Below, piece by piece: positions 37,301-50,600 of a stretch of 64,000 nt of DNA (its first letter is position 1; every line of letters starts with the position of its first letter). The stretch lies in assembly GCA_973895155.1 (NCBI GenBank), contig OZ316899.1, forward strand, positions 13,085,934 through 13,149,933. Reading direction: 5' to 3'. Origin of the DNA: Marsupella aquatica (Eukaryota > Plantae > Marchantiophyta). Under the pieces are notes generated by a model, which was not told the origin of the DNA, ran no database searches, and saw nothing but the letters and a program-made list of their open reading frames with translations. The translations under genes were made by a program, and so were the position numbers.

Positions 37301-39200
37301 TCACCATTGTCTAGCAATAGGTGGAATCAACTCCACAACTTCAGATTCATGCATTGTCTCTGCATGAGAAGCAACAACTGGAGTGTCTTCACATAATGTG
37401 GCCGCCAATTTGAACACTTCAATTGGACTAACTCCCAATGCCAATATATCTGTTGCTGAAAATAGCGGGGTGCGCACAATGTTTGTGGCTGCCCCCAACA
37501 AGGTACTTTCCCTTGCTACAACATCATCCGAATCTACCAACTTATCCACACTTGGATTTATCTGAATCGGATTCATAGAGGTAGTTTGAGCTGCCTCTAA
37601 CAATGTAAACGACTGGGGAAGCTTCGTTTGTCGACGAGCCTCCCCCCTTTGAGGATCCAACTCTACCATTGCTCCTCTGGGCTCAAGGGCTTTGGTTGCT
37701 CCTTGAGTTAAAGTTGCCGATGCATCAACATGGGCAGTGCCACACATGAATCCCATGGTGGCCAAGTCTCCGTCAGCTCCATAAGATGTAGAAGCTCCAT
37801 CACCAGAAGTAGGTCTAACCTGAGAACTGGCCATGGCAGCTAGTTGTTGCTCCAATTGAGCAATCTTTGCATCCTTTGGATCTATGGTAGTGGCAGGAGC
37901 ATCACCTCCTTGTCTCCCTCCATATGGCATCCCTCGTCCACGACCACCACCTCTACCTCCTCTTCCTTGATCATACATACACGATCCTCCCCGTCGTAGT
38001 TCAGGATGGAGTATAAAACACCTATCCTTGGTGTGACCAGAAACTCCACAATGATCACATAATCGTTGATTGGGCATAGATGCCCCTCCAGATTCTCTAT
38101 TATCTGGGCAATATCTTTGTGCATGATTTCCACCACAAGTCCAACATCCTGATTGCTGTCTAGCATAGGAGGGCACAGGTCTCTGACTAGTAGATTCTCG
38201 TGTTGTAGGCTTCTCCCTCTGGCTCTTCCTTACAGTAGGTTGCGGTGTGGGTGTAGATGCAACCTTTGGTGAGCCTTCCTTGACAAATCCAGAAGTCACC
38301 ACCTTCTCATTCACCATATTGAGCTCAATGCGCTTAGCAAGTGCAAAAACAACAGCCAATGTGGGATCTGAATCCCTCAATAGAGTGGCGTCTCTTACTC
38401 TACGCTGCAACTCTCTATCCAAAATTGCATACCAAAATTGAACTGCTTGGGCCTCCGTCACTCCCTTGGTGACAGTAATCAATCTTTGCATACAAGTGTA
38501 TGCTTCGCGTAACTCTCTCCAGTCTTGCGCTGAAAATCTTGAAGACCCATCAACTTATCAGTTCTCACACCTTGGTAGTTCTGCTTCAACACATCAAAGA
38601 ACTTCACCACAGGGTTAAGTGTTTGGCACAACTCCACTCCCACCCACAATTGTACCGATAGGAGTAACGGTGGATGCTGGTGAAGTGCCACTCTGGCTAG
38701 TGCTACTAGAAGAAGCAACAGCTGGAGCAATAGGTTGAGAAACCGCACTTGTGCCGTAAGTGATGGACACATAGTTTGGTGACCAATGTTATCTCCATAT
38801 CTCAATGTCAACCAAATGGGTCTTCTGAAACTCATGGTAATCATCCATGGGTGGACCTTCCAAATGTTGAAACAACCCTTTCCATGCCATGAAAGGTGTA
38901 AACAATGTGGCATTACGCATTGTTTGCATATCACACCACATATCAAACTCTTGGATGAAATCATCCAAATCAATTGTGCCAACTGCACCTGAGTATCTCC
39001 TAGGGCCCTTAGTGGACCCATACGTCTCCTCCATATCCCACAACAATGGTACAACTACCTGATGATGAGGAGACTTGGTTACCAAGTCCTCGTTAGAATC
39101 GCTATCTGAAGCTCCACTGGTAACTGCTAGCAATGTTGTTGGTCAAAATTGCACTCCACTTCGAGTGAAACCGGTTGGTCGTTCATCCGCTAGCCATGCA
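37301..39200 (-). pseudogene. Gag of the DNMT-gypsy element
   Basis: YSGAVGTIDLDDFIQEFDMWC; two zinc knuckles CWTCGGNHAQRYC and CDHCGVSGHTKDRC; RGG-rich tract; frameshifts. Confidence 0.85.
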
Positions 39201-39309
39201 TCACTAGGAGACTCCGTTGGAGATCCTTCTCACCACCACACACCTGCAACACAATGATATCTCACAACACCATTTCTTGTAAGCTTCAATGCTTCCAAGA
39301 TGATCTCTC

Positions 39310-39685
39310 ACAAACCATGGGTCGTGGGTACCTGCCTACCCAGGCACACCCAAATCACTCACAAGCCGTGGGTTGTGGGATATCTCCTCACTCAAATCGA
39401 AACCTCACGGACCGTGGGTTGTAGGCTATCCGCCCCCACACACAATATAATCAAGACCCCTCACAGACCGTGGGTTGTGGTACCTGCCTACCCAGGCACA
39501 CCCAGATCACTCATGAGCCGTGGGTTGTGGGATATCTCCTCACTCAAATCAAAACCTCATGAACCATGGGTCGTAGGCTATCCACCCCCAAACACAAAAT
39601 AATCAAGACCCCTCACGAACCGTGGGTCGTGGGTACCTGCCTACCCAGGCACACCCAGATCACTCACAAGCCGTGGGTTGTGAGC
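39310..39685. repeat. Tandem repeat in the 5' leader: ~152-bp unit x ~2.5, built from ~50-bp subunits sharing CCRTGGGTYGT
   Basis: Units start near 39316, 39467 and 39620. Confidence 0.85.
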
Positions 39686-40334
39686 TCACTACTCACTCAA
39701 GTCAAGCGCAAAATACGGCGAAAATTACGGACAAAGTACTATTCCCTAATTTGTCATTTTCTCTGTGCCCTAAGTCACAGCCGCACCTCGCCTTTCCGCA
39801 GTGCCTTCTCCATCGCGCGTCGACAACACAATTCACCAACATTCAATGTTGTTTCCTTCATAGAAACGCACTATCCATCAACAAACAACTTGATGCAAAT
39901 CAAATTGCATCCTACAACAATTGTAAACACATTCAACTATCGGGTTTGCAATTGAACCGCCTCAATCATAACCACAAAGAGTCGTACATCCGACTACTTT
40001 CCCTTCACAAAATATCAGCCAATGCCACCGCCTGACTCGCACATAATTGTCGACAGCAACATCCGCTTGTCGATTACACAATCAGTCCTCCACGATGCAG
40101 CAACGCATATCGATGAAGACCGCAACTCCAAAACCGCAACTTAGCAACAACAACTTGAAGCTTCACTTCCACACAAGCACCGCACCAACTTGCAATAGAT
40201 TGAGATACCAACGATCCGTTCAATAACAACACCCGATCCGAGCTACCACGAATCGTCAACAACAAAACCAAAATGAAATCAAACTTCTGTCTGCACAGTC
40301 CGCACAACAGAGTTTGAAGCTGATCTTTTGATGT

Positions 40335-40662
40335 AATCTTCAAGAGCAATCAAACAGCGATTGATGCCAATCAAACACACAATCCTGCTCGACATGATCA
40401 CACACTTATGTCAAGCCAAACACACCTTGCGCCTCAAGGAATCCACGTTACGTACACACAACCTAGACAGCCACACGATAGCCACTAGAGTTTGTGCTCA
40501 AAAGACTCAACATCAAAAGATGAGACCTTTGAGCCAACACAAAGAGATATAACTATCCCTCACAAACATACACTAACCCTAAAACACTTAGATAACACAC
40601 ATATGAAAGCCTCAAACCTACATATTCCGATATCCTATACTACCACTCATAATGGTGTGACA
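40335..40662 (-). repeat. 5' terminal repeat A1 of the DNMT-gypsy (only the A part of the 469-bp unit)
   Basis: Near-identical to 21763-22093 and 22234-22564 (3-bp deletion, a few substitutions). The B part is absent here. Confidence 0.95.
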
Positions 40663-40984
40663 ACTGGCCGCCTCCTTCCCTAAGATCGACAGCGCTCTGC
40701 ACTTGACATATTGGCTGCCGCGGCCGCCATGTCGTCCTTGTCTTGCTTGTAGCGTTTATCTAGGGAAGTGGACCCATCCTTCTATTCTTCTTGAACTTGA
40801 GCCTTTCCCTTGGCGGGAAGAGCCTTCCTGCCACTCTTTGATTGAGTATCTTATCCATGTCTCCAGCAATCCGCCCACAATTGACCCTCTGGGCACATCA
40901 GAGCACTAAGTCCCCGCAAATTTCCACCAAGAGTTTTGGATTCTGACCTAGCCCAACTCCGACCCAGTGTCTATGCAAACAATT

Positions 40985-40996
40985 GCTCTGATACCA
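40985..40996 (-). promoter_or_regulatory. Primer binding site (tRNA-iMet) of the outer gypsy element
   Basis: Minus strand reads TGGTATCAGAGC. Confidence 0.9.
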
Positions 40997-40999
40997 CAA

Positions 41000-42570
41000 G
41001 TGGTGGACCTTGCCATCCAACGCCCTCACTAACCCCAGCGCCCTCACCAACCCTAGCCTAAGTGCCCCTGGTGCCCAAATGCCTCCACAAAACTCCTTGA
41101 GCAAGCAGCTCGATGCCCCTTGCACCATTTGCGGCCACTCCCATACAAAGCCGCACTTGCTCCCTAACATGATCGTTGCTCAACAGTCCTCACTGTCTGC
41201 ACAAGCAACCAAGTACCTCGATAAGTAAACCGACATGATCTAGATCTCCCCAAGTTTAGCATCCTAACTCAAGCTCAACAGACATTGGTAAGTAGGTCAG
41301 CAATAGGTCCTCCCGTTGCCATAAGCCAAAACCAAAGCCGACACCCACTGTTCATCTAAAACAACCTCTCTTTGGGTGTGGGCCAGGTTTCCCCTTGTAC
41401 CTATCCATCACCAATTGACTGCCTTGTCCCTAAGACATGCTCATGGCCCAAGTAGCGTAGCTTGTCCTAAAGCTTGTCCCAAGCTTGCCCCAACTTGTTG
41501 GGACCAAAATGGCCCTGACTCTAGCAACCAACTCCTGGTTCTCATCCCATTGATGGCCTAGGGGCCAAGTGCCCTTGGAACTCAACCTCCATGCCTCTAC
41601 TTGGACTTGCTTCCTCAACACAAGTTCCCTTGGGAGACTGAATGCGGCTTGGCTGCTATTTCGATAGGATTTGGCAAACAGGTGAGATAGCCCCCGCAAA
41701 ACCTGAGAACCCATGGCACCTCTAGCCCGACTGAGCTCTGAAGGATATAGTCCTCCTCAAGAGCTTCCCAAAACCCAAGAAGTCCTCCAACGGATTTCTC
41801 ATTGGGCAGTTCTCGCCGTTTCTGTTTGATATTTTTCCTTAGTGTTGCGACCGCCGCGGCTCATGACTTAGGCTCACCCTTAGCCCCCAGGGAGACACCA
41901 CTCCCCTCATATATGCTTTTGGAGACCTGCCACCCCCGGACCTACTTTGGTCCCCAAATTTTGGCCCCCCACCTAGACCCCAACCCGCATGTCTGGGCGC
42001 GCCACCAGTTGGCTCTGCCCATAACTTTATAGTTAGGCGTCCGTAGGCGGACTGCTTTAGCCCATTGTGATCAGGCCGGCCCAGTGCTCATGCCAAGGCC
42101 CTCAAAACCCGTTGTCGCTTGGGACCCCCTATCGGCCAAATTTGGGTCAGCCCGTAACTCGTGCCCCAAGCGTTCGTTGCCATGGAGTAAACTCCACTTG
42201 CATTGGGCCCAGTGGAGCTCTCAGAACTCAAAGTCCGTCTGGGGGTCCGGCCCTTTCCCTGACCCGACCAACCCTCTGCTAGTCTAAGTCCTTAGTGTGT
42301 GTCACCAGCTTAGCGCCTTGCCTTTGCCAGTGCCACGCCCATTGCCCACAAGTCTCCCCATGCTAAGTCCTCCACGGATGGCCGTTCCGGGCTTGGACCA
42401 TAGGGGAGCTCGGCGTTGGAGTAAGCGACGCCAAAGCTAAATGTTAAGGTATTCGAGTTCCACGATTGCCGGTCATGAGGAGTTTGCTACTCTGACTATA
42501 GTCTCTAAATCCCTTGTTTAGTTGCCCTCTTTTGGGGGCCTCAGCTTCTTCCCTGGTTTTGGCCTCAGCA
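41000..42570 (-). repeat. Probable 5' LTR of the outer gypsy element; far boundary uncertain
   Basis: Non-coding GC-richer block directly upstream of the PBS; no second copy in the window to confirm it. Confidence 0.35.
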
Positions 42571-42687
42571 GTCTTAGGATGTTGACCTTTGGTCCCCTGG
42601 GCTGTATCCCCCTTTTAGAGCCCCCCTTTTTGTATGTTGGCTATTTGAAAGGAATTCATTTGGCTCTTTCGAAGTAAAACAAAAGGC

Positions 42688-42867
42688 AGGATGAAAAAGT
42701 CTACAATGGCAAAATGCGTGGTACGCTAGACATAGAGAAACCTCAAATGCACAGTACTTTGGTGAGCACACATGCCAAGGATGAAAAAGTCTACAATGGC
42801 AAAATGCGTGGTACGCTAGACATAGAGAAACCTCAAATGCACAGTACTTTGGTGAGCACACATGCCA
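42688..42867. repeat. Perfect tandem duplication, 2 x 90 bp
   Basis: aggatgaaaaagtctac...cacacatgcca at 42688-42777 and 42778-42867. Confidence 0.95.
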
Positions 42868-43439
42868 AGTGCCCCCATCGACATTACACTACAATCACTT
42901 AGGGAGCAAGGTGGACAGCAAGGTTGATAGAAAGAAAACCTTAGGGAAGCCAGAAAAAAATGCATAGTAGCATTGATGCAAACACAAAGAGCTGCTGAAA
43001 TTTAACTTACAAATTCAAGCAGGCGAAGGAGCAATACATGCAATACAAATCAACAGAAAAAGCCAAAGCAGAGAACACACCACATTGTCTTAGGTAGACA
43101 GGCAGAACACAAACTACAGTTGGCAAAGTGACACTTTGCGAACTCCGTTGATGCAGGCATAAAGGCAGAACGCACACTACATTGAAGCAAACATTGACAC
43201 ATTCAGGTATGCACAAATCCACAACGCACAAAACATTGACACCACAAGGACAACAATGACATCACCAGTAAGGCATCTGCTTTGTGTATTTAAGTTCAAA
43301 GATTTTGACAGTTGAGTATTGTAGTGTGACCGGGGTGACAATGCTTGTGAGAGGTGCACGGTATGATGAAGCTCTTGCCCATTTCCAAACTTGGCAGAAA
43401 CCAAATGGGATGAAATGTTTATTGTCTGCAAGAACATAA

Positions 43440-43590
43440 ACCCACATCCGTCAGTGCAAGGCGGTCAGAGTGCAGGTTGCCCCCCCACATCGGTCGGTGC
43501 AAGATGGGCAAAGTCTGGGCGAGGCGGTCAGAGTACAGGTTGCCCCCCCCACATCGGTTGGTGCAAGACGGGCAAAGTCCGGATCGCCCA
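43440..43590. repeat. Short GC-rich tandem repeat (~65-bp unit, ~2 copies)
   Basis: ggcggtcagagtRcaggttgcccccccacatcggtYggtgcaaga repeated. Confidence 0.75.
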
Positions 43591-44668
43591 GGACCCTGGA
43601 GGGCATTAACTTGATGTAGATTTAACCCATGGTGAAACCCCACTCGCCCTCCTCTCGTAGATACCGATCGAGGCCAGCGAAGGAAGTGAGGTAAGGGGGT
43701 TTGAGGGCTATGTACTCTTACCGAAGGACCATGGCAAAGGCCAATAGCCTTTATGCTTGTTATCTCTATCTACTAGCATAAGTAGATATCTATCTCTCTG
43801 TCTATATTGCTATCGGGGTCGAGGGGTATCTTGGGGTAGGGCAAATCTCCTGTCAAATACTTCGCTACTGCCGCTGGCATCTAAAGGAAAGGTCACACAT
43901 TCTTCCGAGTCATGGTCGTGTGATGGTTTTTATCCTTTCCCCTGCAAATGGTCCACCATTATTTGGTTCTAGCTCCGGTGGTCTTGAAGAAATGACTCGT
44001 TTGCTGCCTCATTTGCTTTCAGTGCTCTGTGCTTGTATCCATATGGCTTCGTTCTATTGTCTTGACTTCGTATCGAACCGCGATAGCAGGCTTTGCCGGC
44101 AACCGCTCGTACAAACTCAAAAACACGGACGGAAAGAAAGTTTCCCAAAATTTTCAATGTCTGTTCGCAAATTTTGGAGCCTTCCCGGTCCTTGTCGAAA
44201 AAGATGTTGAATCTTTGTCTGTGGGAAACATCCTCGATATAGTCTCTCTCATTTCCATCTACTCTGCATTGCTTTCATTCTCTATCATATTGGTGTCTCT
44301 GTGTTGTACATGTTTGAAGCGCTGTTTTGACATCTTCCTGTAGGTCGTTTGGGCTGTAATCTGTGTGAGTGCACTTAAACTGCAGCGTGCCGTACGTAGC
44401 TCCACCTTCACTTGATCCAGCTCTTTGTAAGAACCACTACTCAGCTTCATCAGTGTGCCGCAGTGCTGGCCGCACCTAGTGTCGTGGTGGATTCTCTCAA
44501 TCTAATTCTCCCATGTCCCAGACGACACCGATATCAATGCGACTTGAAAGGGAAGTAACAGGCAATCCAGATACGCTCGCTTAGCCGGGCTACGAACCGG
44601 GAAGAGCATGTTGTGGGAAGTGTTTGATCACGTCAGAGTTCGGGTGCTGCCACCATAGCGTGACGACT

Positions 44669-47600
44669 ATGGAAAGAGGTCGTGAAGGTCGACGGGGAGT
44701 TATAGGTGCAGGCCCAGCCTCTGCACCCCGCCGCCCACGGACTAGCGGCTTCAAAGATACTCCAGGTCTGGCCATCTTTGAATCTTGTTTCTCGTTGAAT
44801 CTCGAACAGCATACCTTAGACACATCGGCGTTTACCCGTTGAATGAATCTTTTTAAATCAACTACTATCCAATCCATATCTCCAAGTTCTCACCTCTGAC
44901 TGTTTGTAAACAATTGCGCTTGTGGGAGAAGAAAGGTTTTGTTTCCTCGCGTGACTTTGTTCCGGTGAGTCGTTAATGGTACGTTACCATGGAACGCCAA
45001 CGTGGGTGAATTATCCCGAGTGCTCAGGTTTTTCAAGATGGGCATGTCCTGCTCGTTTTCACGTTTGTTTGTGGATCGGTATCACACAGGTGTGCCTGAT
45101 ATGGTGTGTTCGTTTTCGACGTTGCACCATCGTGGCTTCCAGTCACACAGAGGTTGTCGGAGAAGTGCACGCGATAAGTCTCTGAATATAGCACTAGGCA
45201 GTAGTTTTGCACCTGAATATGTTCGATTTATACGAAGACCTATCTCTAAGCCCCTAAGATGCTGTTGCGGATGGGCCTTTCCCGTCACGGTGGCTGTATA
45301 TCTGCTCATGTCGTTACACAAGTAGGCTTTATCGACCTGGATCGCATGCAGTTGTTTAATTCTATCAGGCCTGTGTTCGATGATTCGATAATTTTTCGAG
45401 TCTAAACTGTCAAGTACGGTCGTGTTGGAAGATGACTGTTTTCGTCGGGGTCGCCTAGGCTCTATTTAACAGTAAAACTTGTTTATAGGTATTGGAGGTC
45501 TTAGCCTGCATTTTTTGTTTTCACAGTTGCTGAAGAGGGAGAGGATGTGATGGATGATGTCCATAACCCACGATTGCGGGAACGGCCTAAGAAGGATAGT
45601 TCTGGCACTGTAGCTCAAGTCATGCTGTCAGGCAGCTTAGGATCTACATCTCGTAATAAGAGAAAGCGACAGGGATCGCAGGAGCTGCAAGGCCAAGTTC
45701 GTAGTAGTATTGTGGATGAACTTGATGAGACAACTGAGGACATGGAAGTGGGAGCTTCAGAGGATGATGACGATCCACCCCCTCCCCCCATTCCACGCCG
45801 CCCTGGAAAACTACGACCTCAAGGAAAGGTCAGCGTCGCCTCTGTGTCGCTCCAATTTTGATGTTCTGCAGTTTATTGATCTGTTCAGCATCTGACGTTT
45901 GGAGAATTGGTCTGCAGTTCGTGGATGATGGAATTCCCGCTGATCTCCCTACTGTTCCGCGGAAGGCCAGGACTGGTGAGGAACTAGCCTGCATCCAAGA
46001 AGGGTTGTAAAATCCGTGCCCAGGGTCGCTTAATAACATTGACATTGAGTACTATCTGTTGTAGGTTTTTCCGAGTTAGCTGATTGATGTTGATGATAAT
46101 CGGCAATGGGTGGGGCGCTCTTTTGCAGCAATTCTGAAGCGCCCTCAAGAGTCACCATCTCCTCCAGTTGGGGATTCTATTCATCAAGGGCTTCCTGTGA
46201 TTCCTAGAAGCCCTGCTCCAGTGAGTGCACCTTCTTCATCACCTGTAATTTCCCTGAAACCGGGGCGAAGAATGGTAAGCGAGGAAGTGCGTTTGGTTGT
46301 CCGAAATTTCTCCTGCGATTCTGTTGGCGTCTTTCACCTTGAAGAAATTTACAGTTTGGTTACAGCACCGGATTTTCCTTGTTGCCTGCAGAAGTCAAGC
46401 GGTTTGAAGCTTCGAGCGGTGAAGGCTCCTAAGGTAAGGGTTCTTGTTTGTTCCTTGAAAGGTCCCAATCTTTTGTTATTTACGGCGGTACAAAATTTTG
46501 AAGCTGCCAGTTCCTATTTGGTGGTACGACCATTGTACCAACCCTGCTTGTGCTTGTTTATCGTATTTCATCACCTGAATTTGCTTGCTATGGTGTTTAT
46601 TACTCCCAAGGACCACGTGATCTTGTGAAGTGAACTGATACAGCCGATCCTGTTCAATTTGGTTAATAACTTTATAACAGGTGTCCACTCCAATAGTCAT
46701 ATCTGAGCAGGAGGTTGAGGTCGCAGAAGCACTGTTTGATCTGGCCAGAATGTTCACCAACCAGTCCAATTCTTCCAAGCTGGACGTTATTGTAGAGATG
46801 AATTCTGATCCCAAGGAAGAGAGCAAGCGCAAGGTGGATCCCGAGGCGATGTTGGAGGCCAACGAGTCGGCCAACAACATTGTAGCCTATCCACAACCAA
46901 CCTTCCCGACTTGCCGTTCGGTACCAACTTCTACAGCTGTTTCCTCTCCCATTGTCCCTCAGTCCTCACCTGTTGCACCAGGGACATCCCCCAATGCGTT
47001 GCTCTCCTGTGCGGTCTCTTCAGCAATTGTTCCTGCAGTAGGCACTGTTCTAGTCCCGCCGATGACGGCTACTTCTCTTCCACCAGTGACTGCAACAGCT
47101 GCCGAAGGTATACCTCTGTCTGTTTGAGTTGTACGTTGGTTTTTAAAGTTCTTTTGAGTACGTGTGATGGTATGTTTCTCACAGAAAACCTGGGGTTTGT
47201 GCACATTGGAGTTGCAGCTCCCAAGCGGAAGCGCCCACGATTGAGGACAAGACCTGATCTAATCGGATATATTTCCGAGGTGGGGTTGTCTGCTAGCAGC
47301 GGCAACGTGTCAAATTCTTGTGGGCTTACTGTTCCGTCACCTGGGTTAGAGGCTGTGAAGATTTTGTCTTCCTGCCGTCCAAACATAGTTAGGTCTTCGA
47401 TTGACGTAGAGGCTGCCTTACTACCTCCTAAGTCAATATCATTGGTTGTTTCTGCGTCACCATCACTAATGTCATTGCCAGAACCTCAGAGTGTGGGACT
47501 CAGTTCTCCAGCAGGAATGCCTGGAAGTCAGCTACTTGAGAAGGGTTCTATTGCAGCAGATGAGGTCAGGAAAGTAGAAGTGGGCGCTACACCTTCACCA

Positions 47601-50600
47601 CTCCACAGCCTGTATTCAGCCCCACGTGATCAGAAACCTGCAGCTGTTAGTGTTACTTCACCTCCAGCAATTTCGACCTGTCAGATGGACAAGGCATCGA
47701 AGAGGATTTCTGGCAATGAATTTGTCAAGGTTGATCTTGATGGAAGGTACAAACTGGGCACTGTTTATGACGTTTTCAATTTCTTTTGTATATACATGAG
47801 ATTTTTGTTCTGTTACACGAAGTTGTGTAGACTGACGAAAGTGATCCTTTGGTGACTGTCAATGATTGGTCTGGTTGACACCTTTGCAGTCCTTCGCAGC
47901 AGCCAATTTCGGCTCATGATCAAGCTTCTACTGTTAGTGGCCAACCTCCCAAATTTCATTTCGACCTGATGGTATAATTTTTAGTTCTCCTATTTTCGAC
48001 TTGTTGGGTTGTAACAATGTCCAAAGTGCGACCATGAACTCAGAATTATACATTCAATAGTTCAACATTCTTTTCTCAGCTAGAGTAAACTAATTCATGG
48101 CTAGCGTCTGATACGTTCAGGCACCGCCTGTCACGAAGCCTGTAGTATCTCCAAGAAGCGAGAGATTATTGGAGGTTTCTGGAAACACAGTCGAGGATAG
48201 TGTGAAGAAGTGCCTCGTGAGTCACCAGCCATTTTGTGGGGACTTGTCTGTATTTTTGCTATTCTGCCGCGTCTTTAGGGTTACCAACAAATATTCCTAC
48301 GTCTTGGGCTTTTATTGTGTGTTTTTTCCTATCGTTGATAGGTGACCGTGCAAGCTGGATCTTCTGGCCAACCTTCGTGGACAGAGCGGGAGAAAGTCCG
48401 AGAGGGCGAGAAACAGCCAGAGCACGAAATGCAATGGGAGGAGGATAGGAAGTATGAGACGGAATTAGAAAGAGAGAAATGTCAAGAAATAAGGCTCGGA
48501 CGAGAGAGGGTCCATGTGGTACATCGAGAAGGAGAGAGTGAGACACCCTTGCAAGGAGAGGGTGACTCGTCTAAGGAGAAGGACATGGGAGACGAACAGG
48601 AGAGAGAAGAGCCTGCAAAGCAAACCCATCAAAGGCAAGGGAAAGCTCAAAAGTTGGAGTCCAAGGCCCAAAAAACGGAGAGAACTGGTATCCCGCTCCA
48701 AACTTTCTTGACATCCTGCTTCTTCTTCAAACCTTCAGAACCCTGACTTTAAAGCAAACGCAGAGTTGTTTATTGCATACTATTCTCTTTGTGACAAGTG
48801 GATTCTGAGTTTGGCTACATTGGGCATGTATGGATGCCAGCTTCATCCACTGCAATGTCTGCTGCTGTTTCATCATTTTCGCCATCAGCCCCTTTTGTTG
48901 CCAGCAATGTTGCAACTGTCGTTACCAATTTTCCAGGGACTTCAGCTGGAATTCCTAGCTGGCCTGTCGGGCTTCCTCCAATGGGGTAAAAATCTAGTCT
49001 GTTCGATTCACGCCTTTCGCCTCTTCTGCTAGAGTTTGTGAATTTACACTCTTTTTCAATCATTGGTCGTCACTGTTTGTATGTCTGAACCTGGAACTAA
49101 CACGGTGTTCAGGTATTACAGCTCAGCAGCAGCAGCTGCCGTTTGGTCCAGTGGGGCTCTACTTGGTGCAGATGTAGATGAGAATGCTCCACCTGCCCTT
49201 CAGGTACTATGTCATTTAAGTGAACGTCCTCTGATAGTCACGCATAGTAGATTAGCAAATTTGAATATTGTGTGCTGACCAGCTCTACTCGCTCTTAGCA
49301 CTTCTGAGACTAGCTTAGTAAAGTAAAGTTGGTTAATTAGGCTCTGATCTTCATGGGAACGAAATGTGAGTCTTGGTAGATGCGTGTCCGTTTCTTAGTA
49401 GCTGACAATGACAAATTTTAGAGCTGTTCCCGTTTCTGTTTCCCATCCGTCACTGTTCTCAGCCTGATCTTGCTGTTCATCATGTGGGTATCGCAGTCTG
49501 GATTTAGTCAAGAAATATTATTTAAGATGTTGATTTTGCGCAGCTGCCAAACCCCTACGCTGTTCAAGCACGACAGCTTCAACCTTGGAAGCGCTGTGCA
49601 TCTCACGTATACATTGCGCACTTCATTGATTTACAACAACAGATGAACCGGCATCCTTTTATGCATGCTGCCTACCAGAATTCCGGGAGTTTATTCGGGG
49701 CTAAGCCGTACAATTTGAACAACCCTTTGCCTCCAGCAGAGGCACTGTTCGGTAATCGCTCTGGAGGACCCTTACTAGGTTGTGTGGGTGGCGTGGCCGA
49801 AGTAAGTGTCGTTGGTGGGGACGGAAGTGGTTCTGGGCTGGGTGTTCTTCCTAGCAGCGAAAGAAATCTTGGAGTTGCGTCTACAATAACTAATGCACAT
49901 TCCAAGGACAGACCATATGGAGAAGCATCATGTAAGAAGCAACCGCAACCACAGCAAGCATCGCCAAATCTGGTATCCCAGGTGATGAACTGTCCACGTC
50001 CTTCCATGATTTTTTATGTTTGTGTCGTGTCACAGCAGTAGTGTCCCTAATTTTCATAAAATGAAGGCCGGATGGACTGCAATGTTTGTCTATAAACTCG
50101 GATGGATAGTTTTAAACGTTGTCTTTGAACTTAAATAGCTAACTCGGATGGACCGCTTTTAAACGTTGTATTTGAACTCAAACAGTATTATTCCCTTGTA
50201 TAATTGTTATATTTTTAGGTCTCAAAAGCTTCTATGTCAATCCGAGTTGTATGGTTTAACATTGTGGTCCATCCGAGCGTGAAATTTTTTATTGACATCT
50301 TCTGTATAGCTATTTGTTTGCCCTGCAACATAAGGTTATCAATTTCTGAGTGTGAGTCATCGGATTGTAGTCCGGCCCAGGATTTGGCTTTCCAGTCACC
50401 CAGGCAAGCACGGGTGCAGTTGGAGGCCTGGCAACAGCTGCTCCAGCTGCATGTGGAGGACTCGTGGGAAGTCCAGGATCTGGAGGTGGGTCTGTCCCTG
50501 TAAGTGGAAGTTCAGCTTCCGCAACTGGTTCCAATATAGCCGCAGGTCCTGGAGCTAGTAATGGGGGTGTGGTGAGTCACGCAGTGGCGCAAGCTCAGTA

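Larger units (their letters stand above)
21625..40662 (-). mobile_element. Ty3/gypsy retrotransposon encoding gag-PR-DNMT-RT-RH-INT-PHD, with split terminal repeats
   Basis: Termini TGTCAC (40662, minus strand) and ...CGACA (21625). Flanks ACCG/ACTG are a possible 4-bp TSD with one CpG transition. Gypsy domain order on the minus strand. Inserted into the gag region of the outer element. Confidence 0.9.
11783..40996 (-). mobile_element. Decayed chromovirus-like Ty3/gypsy retrotransposon (outer element), interrupted twice; 3' LTR not found
   Basis: Minus-strand order: PBS (40985-40996), gag (~40900-40663 and 21624-20700), zinc knuckle CFTC..DHQSKDC, protease ALVDTGT (~20120), RT DLQSGYYQIRM..KTAMRTRFGSY.FLVMSFGLCNA (19016-19222), RNase H (18693-18317 and 13156-13080), integrase HHCC and SMDFI (12959-12173), GPY motif KLAPRYVGPYRII (11783-11983). 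Many stops and frameshifts. Confidence 0.85.

Noticed and set aside
22875-39200. Tyrosine recombinase that would explain the split repeats
   Set aside because: No R..HxxR..Y recombinase frame recognised; the element instead has an HHCC/DDE-type integrase remnant
43757-45325. Small ORFs around the TIC 5' region as uORFs or separate genes
   Set aside because: No motifs; they lie in probable promoter, UTR or intron 1 sequence and cannot be judged without transcripts
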